Virus record (IMG/VR): IMGVR_UViG_2928826531_000001
Coordinates: 1 to 64,000 of that record
Source: a virus
Taxonomy: Duplodnaviria > Caudoviricetes
DNA length: 64,000 bases
Direction: 5' to 3' (one strand)
A program made the translations under genes and the position numbers. The notes beneath the pieces are model-generated. The model had not been told where the DNA came from, made no database searches, and worked only from the letters and a program-made list of their open reading frames with translations. Within the stretch, counting starts at the first letter, position 1. Every line of letters begins with the position of its first letter. Of the stretch, positions 19,098-27,577 are shown piece after piece.

Positions 19098-19372
19098 CGC
19101 GTTCCGGATCTGCCGTCCGGACTGGACCCTGCGCGAGCCGGGCACCCTGGCGCGCTTGCTTGGCTGGCCATGCCGTGCGCCGATCGATTGGCGGCCATCG
19201 GCGCCTAGGCGTCCGGAGACCGGCCCGATCTCTGCCTTTGGCGCCGTCCGTGCAGAAGCCCGGCAGAGGCGCACGGAGCGCCTCCAGCGCGCGCGGCTCC
19301 GCAGATACCGCCCTAAACTAGACCGCATCAGGCGCGCGCCCGAGCGCCCGTGCGCCCTATCCTGGCGACGTT

Positions 19373-19594
19373 GGGTCCTTCCCAGACCAAACCCCCGCGG
19401 GCGGGGCCGCTACCCGTTTTCGAGCGTTTTCCAGCGTTGAAACCAACGTTACAGCCCGTAACGGCGCAGGACCATGGTCCTAGAGCATGTCGCAACGCTC
19501 TGAAATGAAATAATAAAATGTTTCTGCCATTCCGGTCGCGCGTAACGCGCCTCTGTAACGTGGGTGTGCATCGTGTTACGCGCCGGGGCGTTAC
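19373..19594 (+). other. putative lambda-like cos packaging site (cosQ-cosN-cosB)
   Basis: GGGTCCT (the lambda cosQ heptamer) at 19373; GGGCGGGGCCGC at 19399; six GTAAC/GTTAC repeats flanking an AT-rich tract (19501-19523); the terminase is GpA-type. Confidence 0.7.
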
Positions 19595-20019
19595 CGATCG
19601 TCGGCTTCAGCGGCGTCCGTGACCATCTGCACGACAGCCTCAGGGCGCTCCAGCATCACGCCGATGGCGGCGTCCGCTGACTGGCGGTAGTGCGGCCAAT
19701 CGGCCGCGATCAGGTGGGCGTGCATGATCGCCTTGCCCTCGGTCTCCCGTAGCCCGCGTTCGAGAGACACGAAGCCGCGAAGGTGTAGGATGGCCTGAGC
19801 GGCCCAATGTGGCGTCATGCCCAGGAACTGCCCGAGCGCCTTGTCTGAGCCGTAGAGTTGGCCGATTCGCTCAAGCACGCGCTCCAGCGCTTTCAACTCC
19901 TCATCGCTCATGCGTCCTTCACCGCCGCGGATGTCGTGGGCACAAAGGGCGAAGGCAACGCGATCCCGGAAGGACTTGGGCTCCGGGTGGATGGCGCGGC
20001 CGAAATCGTCGATATCCAC
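19591..20019 (-). CDS. hypothetical protein
   Basis: AGGAGG RBS; 142 aa. Confidence 0.7.
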   Translation of the reverse strand: MDIDDFGRAIHPEPKSFRDRVAFALCAHDIRGGEGRMSDEELKALERVLERIGQLYGSDKALGQFLGMTPHWAAQAILHLRGFVSLERGLRETEGKAIMHAHLIAADWPHYRQSADAAIGVMLERPEAVVQMVTDAAEADDR

Positions 20020-20034
20020 AGCGAGCCTCCTTTC

Positions 20035-20286
20035 CTAGATATTGACCTTGCCGCGGAGCGCTTCGTCCACCCGCTGCCCCCACTCACTCTTGGGGAACGA
20101 GTGAGCGTAGAGGAAGGCGATCAGCTCGCCAGTCGAGAAGCCGCCGCGGCACCCGCCGGTGATCATGGCTTCCTGGGGCCCGTACACGGCCTTGTAGACC
20201 TCGTAGGCCCGCAGCGTGACTGCCTTGGAAATCTTCCCGCCCTTGCGGTCTACCGTCTGGACGGGGTGAAGCTCTACTTCGGTCAC
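20035..20286 (-). CDS. hypothetical phage protein
   Basis: AYEVY..VYG.QE......RGGF..GEL pattern; coupled start. Confidence 0.7.
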   Translation of the reverse strand: MTEVELHPVQTVDRKGGKISKAVTLRAYEVYKAVYGPQEAMITGGCRGGFSTGELIAFLYAHSFPKSEWGQRVDEALRGKVNI

Positions 20287-20681
20287 GGCCGGCGCTCCTC
20301 AGATATAGGTGGCTGGCCAAGAGCGGCATCGAGCCGGATCATGGCATCAAGAATGGCGTTGCTCCGCTCCATGAAGCGCGCCCTCTCCGGCGTGTCTGGC
20401 TGGCTGCGGTCGTCGTTTGTCATGCGCTGGAGGACAAAGCCGAAGGCGGTGCGGTCGGCTTCAAGATCGGCCCTCATCCGGTCGCGCTCGGCCAGCAAAC
20501 GCGCTCCGGCTTCGGAGGAGGTGACGAGCATCTTTGCAGCCTCGTTGCGCTCGGCCTCGGCCTTCTCGATGCCACGGCGCAGGTCTTCGATCAGATTGGC
20601 GGCCCCGAGCATATCGGTGTCAGCGCCGTTGCAGTTGGACAGGGCGCAGCGGTTGCGCAGGCGTTCGACGATGTCGGCCAT
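20283..20681 (-). CDS. hypothetical phage protein
   Basis: MADIVERLR...AANLIEDLR phage motif; AGGAG RBS. Confidence 0.7.
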   Translation of the reverse strand: MADIVERLRNRCALSNCNGADTDMLGAANLIEDLRRGIEKAEAERNEAAKMLVTSSEAGARLLAERDRMRADLEADRTAFGFVLQRMTNDDRSQPDTPERARFMERSNAILDAMIRLDAALGQPPISEERRP

Positions 20682-20702
20682 GCTGAGCTCCTTTGGAGTT
20701 GG

Positions 20703-20870
20703 TCACTTCGCCCGCGGGCCGAAGGTGGTAATCCATGCCCACACGAACCCTATGGCGCTGATCGAGCCGAGCAAAGGGCCGACCCACCAGACGGACGTTG
20801 ATGCGTCCCGCATGCAGGCGATCTGCTCAACGGAGCCGGGCGGGAGGTCGAAGCATTCACGGCCAAGCAC
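20703..20870 (-). CDS. small membrane protein (55 aa, not in the ORF track)
   Basis: GGAG RBS + GTG; ...SVWWVGPLLGSISAIGFVWAWITTFG. Confidence 0.45.
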   Translation of the reverse strand: MLGRECFDLPPGSVEQIACMRDASTSVWWVGPLLGSISAIGFVWAWITTFGPRAK

Positions 20871-20901
20871 GGCGGCGCTCCATTAATAGAGAGGCAGGCG
20901 A

Positions 20902-21177
20902 TCATCCGATGTTGCGGGCGATGAGAAAGTGAGCAGTGATCGCTCCGTCTTCAGCGGTCTCGATCTTCTCGATCAGGACTTCAGACTTCGCGCCAACCTC
21001 CTTGGACACGGCCTTCATAAGCCCGTCCAGGGCGGCCAGAGAGCGGCCGATGGTCTTGGCCTGCATGAGCGAACCGTCCTTGGGGTGGAAGGACATGGCG
21101 AAGCGGCTGTCCTTCGTCGCGTCGGTGACGAACTCGGGGCTGAACTCAACGCCACAGTTCGGGCATTTGGCGGACAT
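20902..21177 (-). CDS. hypothetical protein (N-terminal CxxC)
   Basis: MSAKCPNCG; co-oriented cluster. Confidence 0.65.
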   Translation of the reverse strand: MSAKCPNCGVEFSPEFVTDATKDSRFAMSFHPKDGSLMQAKTIGRSLAALDGLMKAVSKEVGAKSEVLIEKIETAEDGAITAHFLIARNIG

Positions 21178-21207
21178 GGTTTGGGCTTCCGGATGTTGAC
21201 AGAGAGT

Positions 21208-21456
21208 TCAGGAGGCCTTGGTGACGGTGTAGCTCTTGGGCACCGCGGCGATGTAGACGATGTCCCCGTTGGGGTAGTGCAGTTCCGCTTTCTCGCCACG
21301 CTCGATGCGGTTGAAGATGGAGTCCAAGTCCATCTCCAAAGCCCTTGCGCGCTTCTCCACGATTTCCAGGCGGGCGCGTAGTTCGGCAACTTCCTGCATA
21401 TGGCGCCATGCCTCTCGGTTGCTGTCCGGGTGAGCGATGTTGACGTGATCGGCCAT
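21208..21456 (-). CDS. hypothetical protein
   Basis: GGAG RBS before MADHVNI; coiled coil. Confidence 0.65.
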   Translation of the reverse strand: MADHVNIAHPDSNREAWRHMQEVAELRARLEIVEKRARALEMDLDSIFNRIERGEKAELHYPNGDIVYIAAVPKSYTVTKAS

Positions 21457-21485
21457 GTCGGGGCTCCGGTCGTTCGGTTGATGGT

Positions 21486-21701
21486 TCAGGGGCGGAACAG
21501 GCGCCGCTTCCTCGGTCCGGCGCCGTAGGACCGTCGCTCCTTGCGGTTGCCGCCCAGAACAAAGTCGGGCTCCGGTGCGCTGCGGGTGAGGCGGACGACC
21601 TGACCAGCCTCGCGCATGTCGGCGGGTCTGTCGTTCAGCAGTTGCCCCAGGCCGACGGCTAGAGCGGTGGACAGTCTGGGCATGACCAGGCACTTACGCA
21701 T
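21486..21701 (-). CDS. hypothetical protein
   Basis: Fills a gap in the minus-strand cluster; start uncertain. Confidence 0.4.
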   Translation of the reverse strand: MRKCLVMPRLSTALAVGLGQLLNDRPADMREAGQVVRLTRSAPEPDFVLGGNRKERRSYGAGPRKRRLFRP

Positions 21702-21742
21702 GGGCGGGAGGTCTCCAGGGATTGGGATGACTCGAAGCCATT

Positions 21743-22009
21743 TCAGGCAGCCGCTGGGAAGTCTTCCGTATCGAGCCGCTCGCCCGGCAGGAGTGCCCTC
21801 TCGGCCCCCTTGCGGGTGAGCCAAAAGAGGTCGTCGTCTCCGGTGTGCTTGCCCCACCGCACCTGCGCATAGCCCTGCGCGACCATGTCGATCCACTCTG
21901 GGTGATCGTGGTGGAGTTCTCCGGAAACAAAGCGGTTCCGGTAGGAGACCGTGCGCCGGCCGTCCAATCCGAGGGCGTGGCGCGCGAGTGAAATCTGTCG
22001 ATTGGTCAT
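21743..22009 (-). CDS. conserved phage hypothetical protein
   Basis: Q..LARHALGL...SYRNRFV...W..MV..G.A...F.LT..G...L.PGERLD.EDF. Confidence 0.75.
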   Translation of the reverse strand: MTNRQISLARHALGLDGRRTVSYRNRFVSGELHHDHPEWIDMVAQGYAQVRWGKHTGDDDLFWLTRKGAERALLPGERLDTEDFPAAA

Positions 22010-22021
22010 GGAAGCGCCTTC

Positions 22022-22357
22022 CTAGAATGCAGACTCAGTCGCTGGCGTGATCGGCTGATACCGTTTCCCGAATCCGTTGCAGGTTCCGCACAACAGCGTG
22101 GCCCCCAGAAATTGGCGCGATGGGCGCCCACCCTTGCCGCCACACCCGTCGCAGTCCTGAAGCGAATAGGCATGCTCTGGAATGACCGCTCTGCCTTTCG
22201 GTGTGATGCGCCAATCGCCTGTGACCAGCCCGGCGCGATGCATGGTGTTGACCCGGATGCCATGCATCTCTGTGGAGATCAAAGTGCCGGTGTCTTGGTG
22301 CTGTGCCAGCAACTGCAGGAATTCCAGTTCGCGCTCCGACAGGTCACTGCGCTTCAT
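22022..22357 (-). CDS. wHTH-like protein with a DnaJ-type zinc knuckle
   Basis: WRITPKGRA; CDGCGGKG...CGTCNGFG. Confidence 0.65.
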   Translation of the reverse strand: MKRSDLSERELEFLQLLAQHQDTGTLISTEMHGIRVNTMHRAGLVTGDWRITPKGRAVIPEHAYSLQDCDGCGGKGGRPSRQFLGATLLCGTCNGFGKRYQPITPATESAF

Positions 22358-22376
22358 GGTGTGGCGGTTCTTCTGA

Positions 22377-22955
22377 TCAGAAACGGACCAAGGAAGTCTT
22401 CCCGCCGAGATAGAGCGGATGTTTGGGAGAGCCGTCCTTATTGTTGCCGAAGCACCAAAGGTCGATGCCGCGCTGACGGAGCGCCTCCACCGTTTCCCGG
22501 GCCGCAGACACAAGCGGGCGCGGGACCTTGCCAAAGCATACGACAACGCGCTCGGCGCTTTCGGCCGCCTGAAGGATGGTCGGCAGGTTGTCCGGTGAGC
22601 ACGCCACCACGCCCGGTTTGCTGAGGTGGGCTGGTGCCGTGGCTCGGTAGTCGCCGACGTTGCACTTCACGAACCCGGTGTAGCCTTCCCGGACGGTGAA
22701 GCCCCATTCGCGCGTAACTGTCGGATCGTTGGCGGTCGCGTCGGCCGTGCTCGGGTTCATTCCGATCAGGAGCCAGTGCCGGGCTGGAAATACGTCGCCA
22801 ATCCACCGACGTAGGACCCTGCGATAGCGCCCGCACTCGGAAAACACGGCATCGCCGCGCAGGCCGGGCGGAAGGGCGGTCTTCACCTTTCCGCCGGGGT
22901 CGTGAGTGTCGAGCTTGGTCGGCAAATCGAACAGGCCGAAATCGAAGGCGGTCAT
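22377..22955 (-). CDS. DUF1643 domain protein
   Basis: AVFSECGRYR..L.R...IGMNPSTAD...NDPT...N...YRAT.P...G.NKDGSPKHPLY. Confidence 0.9.
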   Translation of the reverse strand: MTAFDFGLFDLPTKLDTHDPGGKVKTALPPGLRGDAVFSECGRYRRVLRRWIGDVFPARHWLLIGMNPSTADATANDPTVTREWGFTVREGYTGFVKCNVGDYRATAPAHLSKPGVVACSPDNLPTILQAAESAERVVVCFGKVPRPLVSAARETVEALRQRGIDLWCFGNNKDGSPKHPLYLGGKTSLVRF

Positions 22956-23045
22956 GATGCAACTCGCTGATTCATCCGCGCGCTGTGCTGCGCGCATTAG
23001 TCCGTAGCGTCACGCTTGCGTGGCTTCCGTGACCGGCCTCACCGC

Positions 23046-23342
23046 TTAGTGCCGGCTGCCCAAGAAAAGGCGCCCGAAGCTAGTCAGGAAGTCCGGTTCA
23101 GTCTCCCACACGCGCGTTCCATCCGGGTTGACGCGCGTCCTATTAAAACTCATCCCGCAGCCACCCGCGGAAAAATCAAGGCTGCCTCGCTGTTTGGAAG
23201 CCGAATTGCCATAGACTGGAACACAGATCGGGTGCGTCTCGAAAGAGAGGTCCGCACCGTCGACAGTGATCACGTAATCCGCGCCGCCAGTTAGAAGGAC
23301 GGCGTGGCTCCCGTCGCGCAGGCTGATGGTGGTCTCGCGCAT
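23046..23342 (-). CDS. hypothetical protein
   Basis: GGGAG RBS before MRETTISL. Confidence 0.5.
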   Translation of the reverse strand: MRETTISLRDGSHAVLLTGGADYVITVDGADLSFETHPICVPVYGNSASKQRGSLDFSAGGCGMSFNRTRVNPDGTRVWETEPDFLTSFGRLFLGSRH

Positions 23343-23373
23343 GCTCTGCTCCCGGCTGCTGGCTGGCCATCGG

Positions 23374-23763
23374 TCAGATCGCGCCATTTTCCGTGGCGAT
23401 CCGGTCGGCCGTTTGGCGCTTGGCACGCCCACGCGGGATGCGCTCCTTGATCTTTGCGTCCGGCCGTAGGACGACGCCGGCTCCGTTGGCCGTCCCCGAC
23501 TCGCCGGCGGCGACGAAATCGCATCCGGCTGCCTCCAGGGTGCGCTTCACCGTTATGACGGTGCCCATCTTCGCGCTGATCAACTCGCCGTCGAGGCGGG
23601 TCAGATCGTTGATGGTGTTCCGATGCAAGCTGGTCGCTGCCGCGAGGTCATCTTCGGACCATCGCAGCGCCGCGAGCGCCTGCCGGACTTGAGCCCCCGT
23701 CAGCACGGCTGTGGCCCCCTGGCCAAGAACTGGTCCCTGCACGAGGCGCCGTCCTTTCGTCAC
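23374..23763 (-). CDS. XRE-family HTH regulator
   Basis: LTGAQVRQA.AAL.WS.DDLA.A......TI...LEAAG..F...G.GV.L (alphaproteobacterial XRE subtype). Confidence 0.8.
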   Translation of the reverse strand: MTKGRRLVQGPVLGQGATAVLTGAQVRQALAALRWSEDDLAAATSLHRNTINDLTRLDGELISAKMGTVITVKRTLEAAGCDFVAAGESGTANGAGVVLRPDAKIKERIPRGRAKRQTADRIATENGAI

Positions 23764-23790
23764 CTGTCCCTAGGCAAAATGCCTTTCTTC

Positions 23791-23828
23791 GGGTTGCATC
23801 GTATCCCCTGAGGGTATAAAGTCAACCC
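23791..23828. promoter_or_regulatory. overlapping divergent sigma70 promoters inside an inverted repeat
   Basis: Plus strand TTGCAT-N17-TAAAGT; minus strand TTGACT-N16-TACGAT; flanked by GGGTTG/CAACCC. Confidence 0.65.
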
Positions 23829-23846
23829 TGAACGATGGAGGTGAGC

Positions 23847-24854
23847 GTGGCCGAGAACAGTGCAATCGAGTGGACGGACCACACGTTCAATCCGTGGATC
23901 GGCTGCACCAAGGTCAGCCTCGCGTGCGACAACTGCTACGCCGAGACGGAGCGCGCGGTGACCTGCCTCGGCGTGACATGGGGCGTCGGTCAGCCGCGTC
24001 ACCGCACCTCCGCCAGCACTTGGAAGCAGCCGCTCGCCTGGAACCGCAAGGCCGCCAAGCTGGGCATCCGCTACAGGGTGTTCTGCGCCTCGCTCGCCGA
24101 CGTCTTTGACGCCGAAGTGCCGGACGAGTGGCGGCTGGACCTGTTTCGGATGATCGTGCAGACGCCGCACCTGGATTGGCTGCTGCTGACCAAGCGGCCG
24201 AAGGTGGCGCAGAATTTCCTTTCCAGCTTCGCCATGGCGCCCGGCAAGAGCGGGTTCCTGACCCACAACGGTGATAAGCCTAAGGGTTGGGGCGGCACGG
24301 GTGAGATCATCCACGGCGTTGGCCAGGAGCAGATTTGGCCGCTTCCGAACGTCTGGCTCGGCGCAACGGTCGAGAGTCAGGCAATGGCCGAGACACGCAT
24401 CCCGCATCTGCTGGCGACGCCCGCCGCGGTCCGGTTCGTCAGCATGGAGCCGCTTCTGGGACCGGTTGCGATGCGCCCATGGCTGCAAGGGATTCCGGCC
24501 GACGCCGCCCTGTCCAGTTACCGGCGCGTCGATTGGGTCATCGCTGGCGGCGAAAGTGGTGTGCACGCGCGCCCGTCGCATCCGGATTGGTTCCGCTCGC
24601 TCCGAGACGAGTGCATCGCCACGGGAGTCCCGTTCCTCATGAAGCAATGGGGCGAATGGGTGCCGCGCGGACCTGCGGACTGGGGATATCCAAGCGTTGA
24701 CGGAGTGCCGCGGATCCGCCTGACCAACGAAGGTCAGAACGGACACTTCTTGAACGCTGAAGGCGGCAACCCCGTCTGGATGAACCGCGCCGGCAAGAGG
24801 GTTGCTGGTCGCCTTCTCGACGGCGTGCTGCACGACGCCTACCCGACAGCCTGA
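23847..24854 (+). CDS. phage Gp37/Gp68 (DUF5131) radical-SAM-like protein
   Basis: SAIEWTDHTFNPWIGCTKVS.ACDNCYA (three-Cys motif), VFCASLADVFD, LLLTKRP, NVWLGATVE.Q, FVSMEPLLGP, WVIAGGESG. Confidence 0.95.
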   Translation: MAENSAIEWTDHTFNPWIGCTKVSLACDNCYAETERAVTCLGVTWGVGQPRHRTSASTWKQPLAWNRKAAKLGIRYRVFCASLADVFDAEVPDEWRLDLFRMIVQTPHLDWLLLTKRPKVAQNFLSSFAMAPGKSGFLTHNGDKPKGWGGTGEIIHGVGQEQIWPLPNVWLGATVESQAMAETRIPHLLATPAAVRFVSMEPLLGPVAMRPWLQGIPADAALSSYRRVDWVIAGGESGVHARPSHPDWFRSLRDECIATGVPFLMKQWGEWVPRGPADWGYPSVDGVPRIRLTNEGQNGHFLNAEGGNPVWMNRAGKRVAGRLLDGVLHDAYPTA

Positions 24855-24886
24855 ACAACTCAACGGATTATCGAAAGGAGAAGAGC

Positions 24887-25759
24887 GTGACGCGCATTCT
24901 GTTGGCCGCCCTCATGGTGGTCGCCACCTTCGCCGGCGCGAGCGCCGCCGACCTGCCCGGCGTGCGCCTGTGCACCGGCTCTGCCAAGGGCAACTACTTC
25001 TTCGCTGGCAGCGTCATCGCCCAGCAGGCCAAGGGCTCGCTGAAAGTCGATGTGATCGAGACCGCCGGGTCCATCGACAACCTGCGCAAGATGGAGGACG
25101 GCGCCTGCGACGCCGCCCTGGTCCAGTCCGACGCCTACGGCGTCTACAAGGACCGCAACCCGTCGTCGGCGCTGTCCATTGTGCGGGCTGGGGCGCTGTA
25201 CAAGGAATACGCCCACCTGCTGTGCAACAAGACGTCCGGCATCGACTCCGTGAAGGACTTGCGGAGCAACAAGGCCAAGCTGCTGACCGGTGATGCGGGA
25301 TCCGGCTCCGAGGTGACCTGGGCGACCTGGATCAAGATGGACAAGGACTACACAAAGGCGGCGACCGATCGCATTGGCGGCACGCAGGCGATTCTCCGCA
25401 TCCGCGATGGCGCCGAAGCTCAGTGTGCTCTGTTCATCAACGGGCTGAATTCCGCGCTGATGAAGCAAGTGAACGAGCAAGCGGGCGACCGGGTGAAATT
25501 GGTGCCCGTGAAGGACGGCGACTTCGCGAGCGTGAAGGACCCGGGGGGCAATAAGGTCTATTCGGCTGAGGACATCCCCGGCAGCACGTACAAGGCCCTG
25601 CAGTCCGGCTTCTTCTCCTCCGCTGTCCCGACCCTTGCCGTCGAGGCCCTGGTCGTTCTGCGCGCGGATTGGGCGGAGCAGAACAAGCGTGGTCTGGACG
25701 AACTGTCCGACGCGGTTCTGCGGGCGACGCCGGCCATCAAGCAACGGGTCGACGGCTAA
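24887..25759 (+). CDS. TAXI-family TRAP solute-binding protein
   Basis: Signal peptide; TGS..GNY; T.GSIDNL...CDAALVQSD; LY.EY.HL; I.SV.DL; GSGS..TW. Confidence 0.85.
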   Translation: MTRILLAALMVVATFAGASAADLPGVRLCTGSAKGNYFFAGSVIAQQAKGSLKVDVIETAGSIDNLRKMEDGACDAALVQSDAYGVYKDRNPSSALSIVRAGALYKEYAHLLCNKTSGIDSVKDLRSNKAKLLTGDAGSGSEVTWATWIKMDKDYTKAATDRIGGTQAILRIRDGAEAQCALFINGLNSALMKQVNEQAGDRVKLVPVKDGDFASVKDPGGNKVYSAEDIPGSTYKALQSGFFSSAVPTLAVEALVVLRADWAEQNKRGLDELSDAVLRATPAIKQRVDG

Positions 25760-25917
25760 TGCGCCTCGCCCTACGCCTCGGCGGCGCCTTTCTGGCGGCA
25801 ACAGTCATCGTGGTGGGTGACCTGACGTCCGGGCGGATCATGTCGTGCATCGTGGATGCCGGTCTCCTGGGCGGCATCTTCGTCCTGCTGGTCCCGCTGA
25901 CGATGAAGCCGGCCTGA
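25759..25917 (+). CDS. small two-TM membrane protein
   Basis: TAATG-coupled to the TAXI gene; two hydrophobic stretches. Confidence 0.6.
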   Translation: MRLALRLGGAFLAATVIVVGDLTSGRIMSCIVDAGLLGGIFVLLVPLTMKPA

Positions 25918-26068
25918 GCCGCGCGCCCTTCGTCCACAGTTCGCGCCTCGGCGCGCTCCAGGCCCCTTACTCGCGAGAGTGGGGCTTGAGGGCATGCCGG
26001 GGGTTCCGCTGAAACCCCGGCCGGGAGCGTGGTCCGGTACCAACGCAATCACGGAGACGACGCAGACC

Positions 26069-26470
26069 ATGGCCCACATTTTCGAAGGCGAGCCCGACGC
26101 CCGCCAAGCCGGCGACATCAAGCCGAGCCGTTTCCGCCCGCAGTACCGCCAGCTGTCCGACGAGGAAAAGACGCTGCACGACGCCATCAAGGGGAAAGCC
26201 GCCGAACTGGAGGCACTGTTCGAGAAGGCGCGTGCGCTGCGGTTTGCCCCGCGCACCGCGGCCATTGAGGCTAACGTCGCAGCCAGCGAGGCGGCCGTGG
26301 CACGCAACGATCAAGCCGGCATCAGTGACTGGCAGGCCCCGCCCCCGGCGCTGGATTGGGCGCGCCTGGACGAAGAATTCCCGGTTGGCAACGCGCCGTC
26401 ATACTTCGACGACGGCATGAAGGCTCTGGAGATGTCGGTCATGTGGACCGTCAAAGGACTGACCGCCTGA
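26069..26470 (+). CDS. Acb2/Tad1-like anti-defence nucleotide-signal sponge
   Basis: FRPQYRQLSDEEK.LHDAIK.KA.ELE.LF ... ALEMSVMWTVKGLT. Confidence 0.7.
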   Translation: MAHIFEGEPDARQAGDIKPSRFRPQYRQLSDEEKTLHDAIKGKAAELEALFEKARALRFAPRTAAIEANVAASEAAVARNDQAGISDWQAPPPALDWARLDEEFPVGNAPSYFDDGMKALEMSVMWTVKGLTA

Positions 26471-26573
26471 CCCATTCGGCCGCGTCGGGTGAGGTGTGTC
26501 CTCCCCGGCCGGCAGGCCACAGCCGACCTCGTGGAGTCGGTTTTGGCATGCCGAGTGGAAGAGGGGCTTCACA

Positions 26574-26759
26574 ATGGGGTTCGTGACCGAAGAGCAGAAG
26601 GACGGAACGCATCGCGTCATCAAGGGCCGCGTCGGCAAGTACTGCAGGGGGAGCGTCATCCCGGCCGATGTGGTCCAGAAGATGATCGGCGGTGAGCCCG
26701 TCGATATGGGGAACGGCTACACGATGGCTGGGCGCGATCGCGACGGCAAAGGGTCGTAA
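26574..26759 (+). CDS. hypothetical protein
   Basis: GAGGGG RBS; 61 aa. Confidence 0.5.
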   Translation: MGFVTEEQKDGTHRVIKGRVGKYCRGSVIPADVVQKMIGGEPVDMGNGYTMAGRDRDGKGS

Positions 26760-26764
26760 CCACC

Positions 26765-27574
26765 ATGGCCCGTCTGAAAGACCTTCCTGGTGTCAAGACC
26801 GGGAACCTGTTTGCTGTCCCACCGGCCATGCTGGCGGAGGACGACGGTTTCAACATCCGCCAGCAGGGCGATTCCTTCGAGGCGCTGATCGAGGAGTACG
26901 CTCAACTCTTCCTCGCCGGCCACCGGTGCCCCCCCTTGGAGGTGTGGAAGCGCGGCGACGACCTTGTGGTGATCGACGGCCATTGCCGACGGCGGGCCGC
27001 GCTCCGTGCCATTGAGCGTGGCGCGCCGGCCGATCTGACCGTCGACGTCGTGAACTTCACGGGCAACGACGCGGACCGCGTGGCCCTGATGCTCCGCTCG
27101 GGTCTGAAGCGCGGTTGGGCGCCGGCCGAGTTGGCGGAGGGTTACAAGCGCCTTATGGGCTTCTGGCAAGACGTCGGCAAGGTTGCCGCGGCGGTCGGAA
27201 AATCCGAGCAGCATGTCCGTGACATTCTGGCGCTAGCCAATGCCGACACCGCCGTTCAGCAGATGGTGAAGGCCGGCGCCGTCTCCGCCACCACGGCAAT
27301 CGCTGTCGTGAAGAAGCAGGGGCACAAGGCGGCCGACGTGCTGAAGGAGACCGTCGCCAAGGTGAAGGCCACCGGCGGCGCCAAGGTCACGGCCCGGCAC
27401 GTCTCCGCTGCTCAAGGCCTCGACGCTCGCCAGCTCCGGCCGGCGCTCATGAAGCTGGCGGATGAGGTTCGGTCCCAAGTCGATCCGGACAGCCAAGCCG
27501 ATTTCGGCGAAACGCAATTCACCGTGTCGGGCGCCACGCTGCGGCCGATCCTGGAAATGCTCGGGGTGAGGTAA
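26765..27574 (+). CDS. ParB-like protein
   Basis: GFNIR...PPLEV...VIDGHCRRRA...L...ELAEGYKRL...HTH. Confidence 0.85.
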   Translation: MARLKDLPGVKTGNLFAVPPAMLAEDDGFNIRQQGDSFEALIEEYAQLFLAGHRCPPLEVWKRGDDLVVIDGHCRRRAALRAIERGAPADLTVDVVNFTGNDADRVALMLRSGLKRGWAPAELAEGYKRLMGFWQDVGKVAAAVGKSEQHVRDILALANADTAVQQMVKAGAVSATTAIAVVKKQGHKAADVLKETVAKVKATGGAKVTARHVSAAQGLDARQLRPALMKLADEVRSQVDPDSQADFGETQFTVSGATLRPILEMLGVR

Positions 27575-27577
27575 GTC

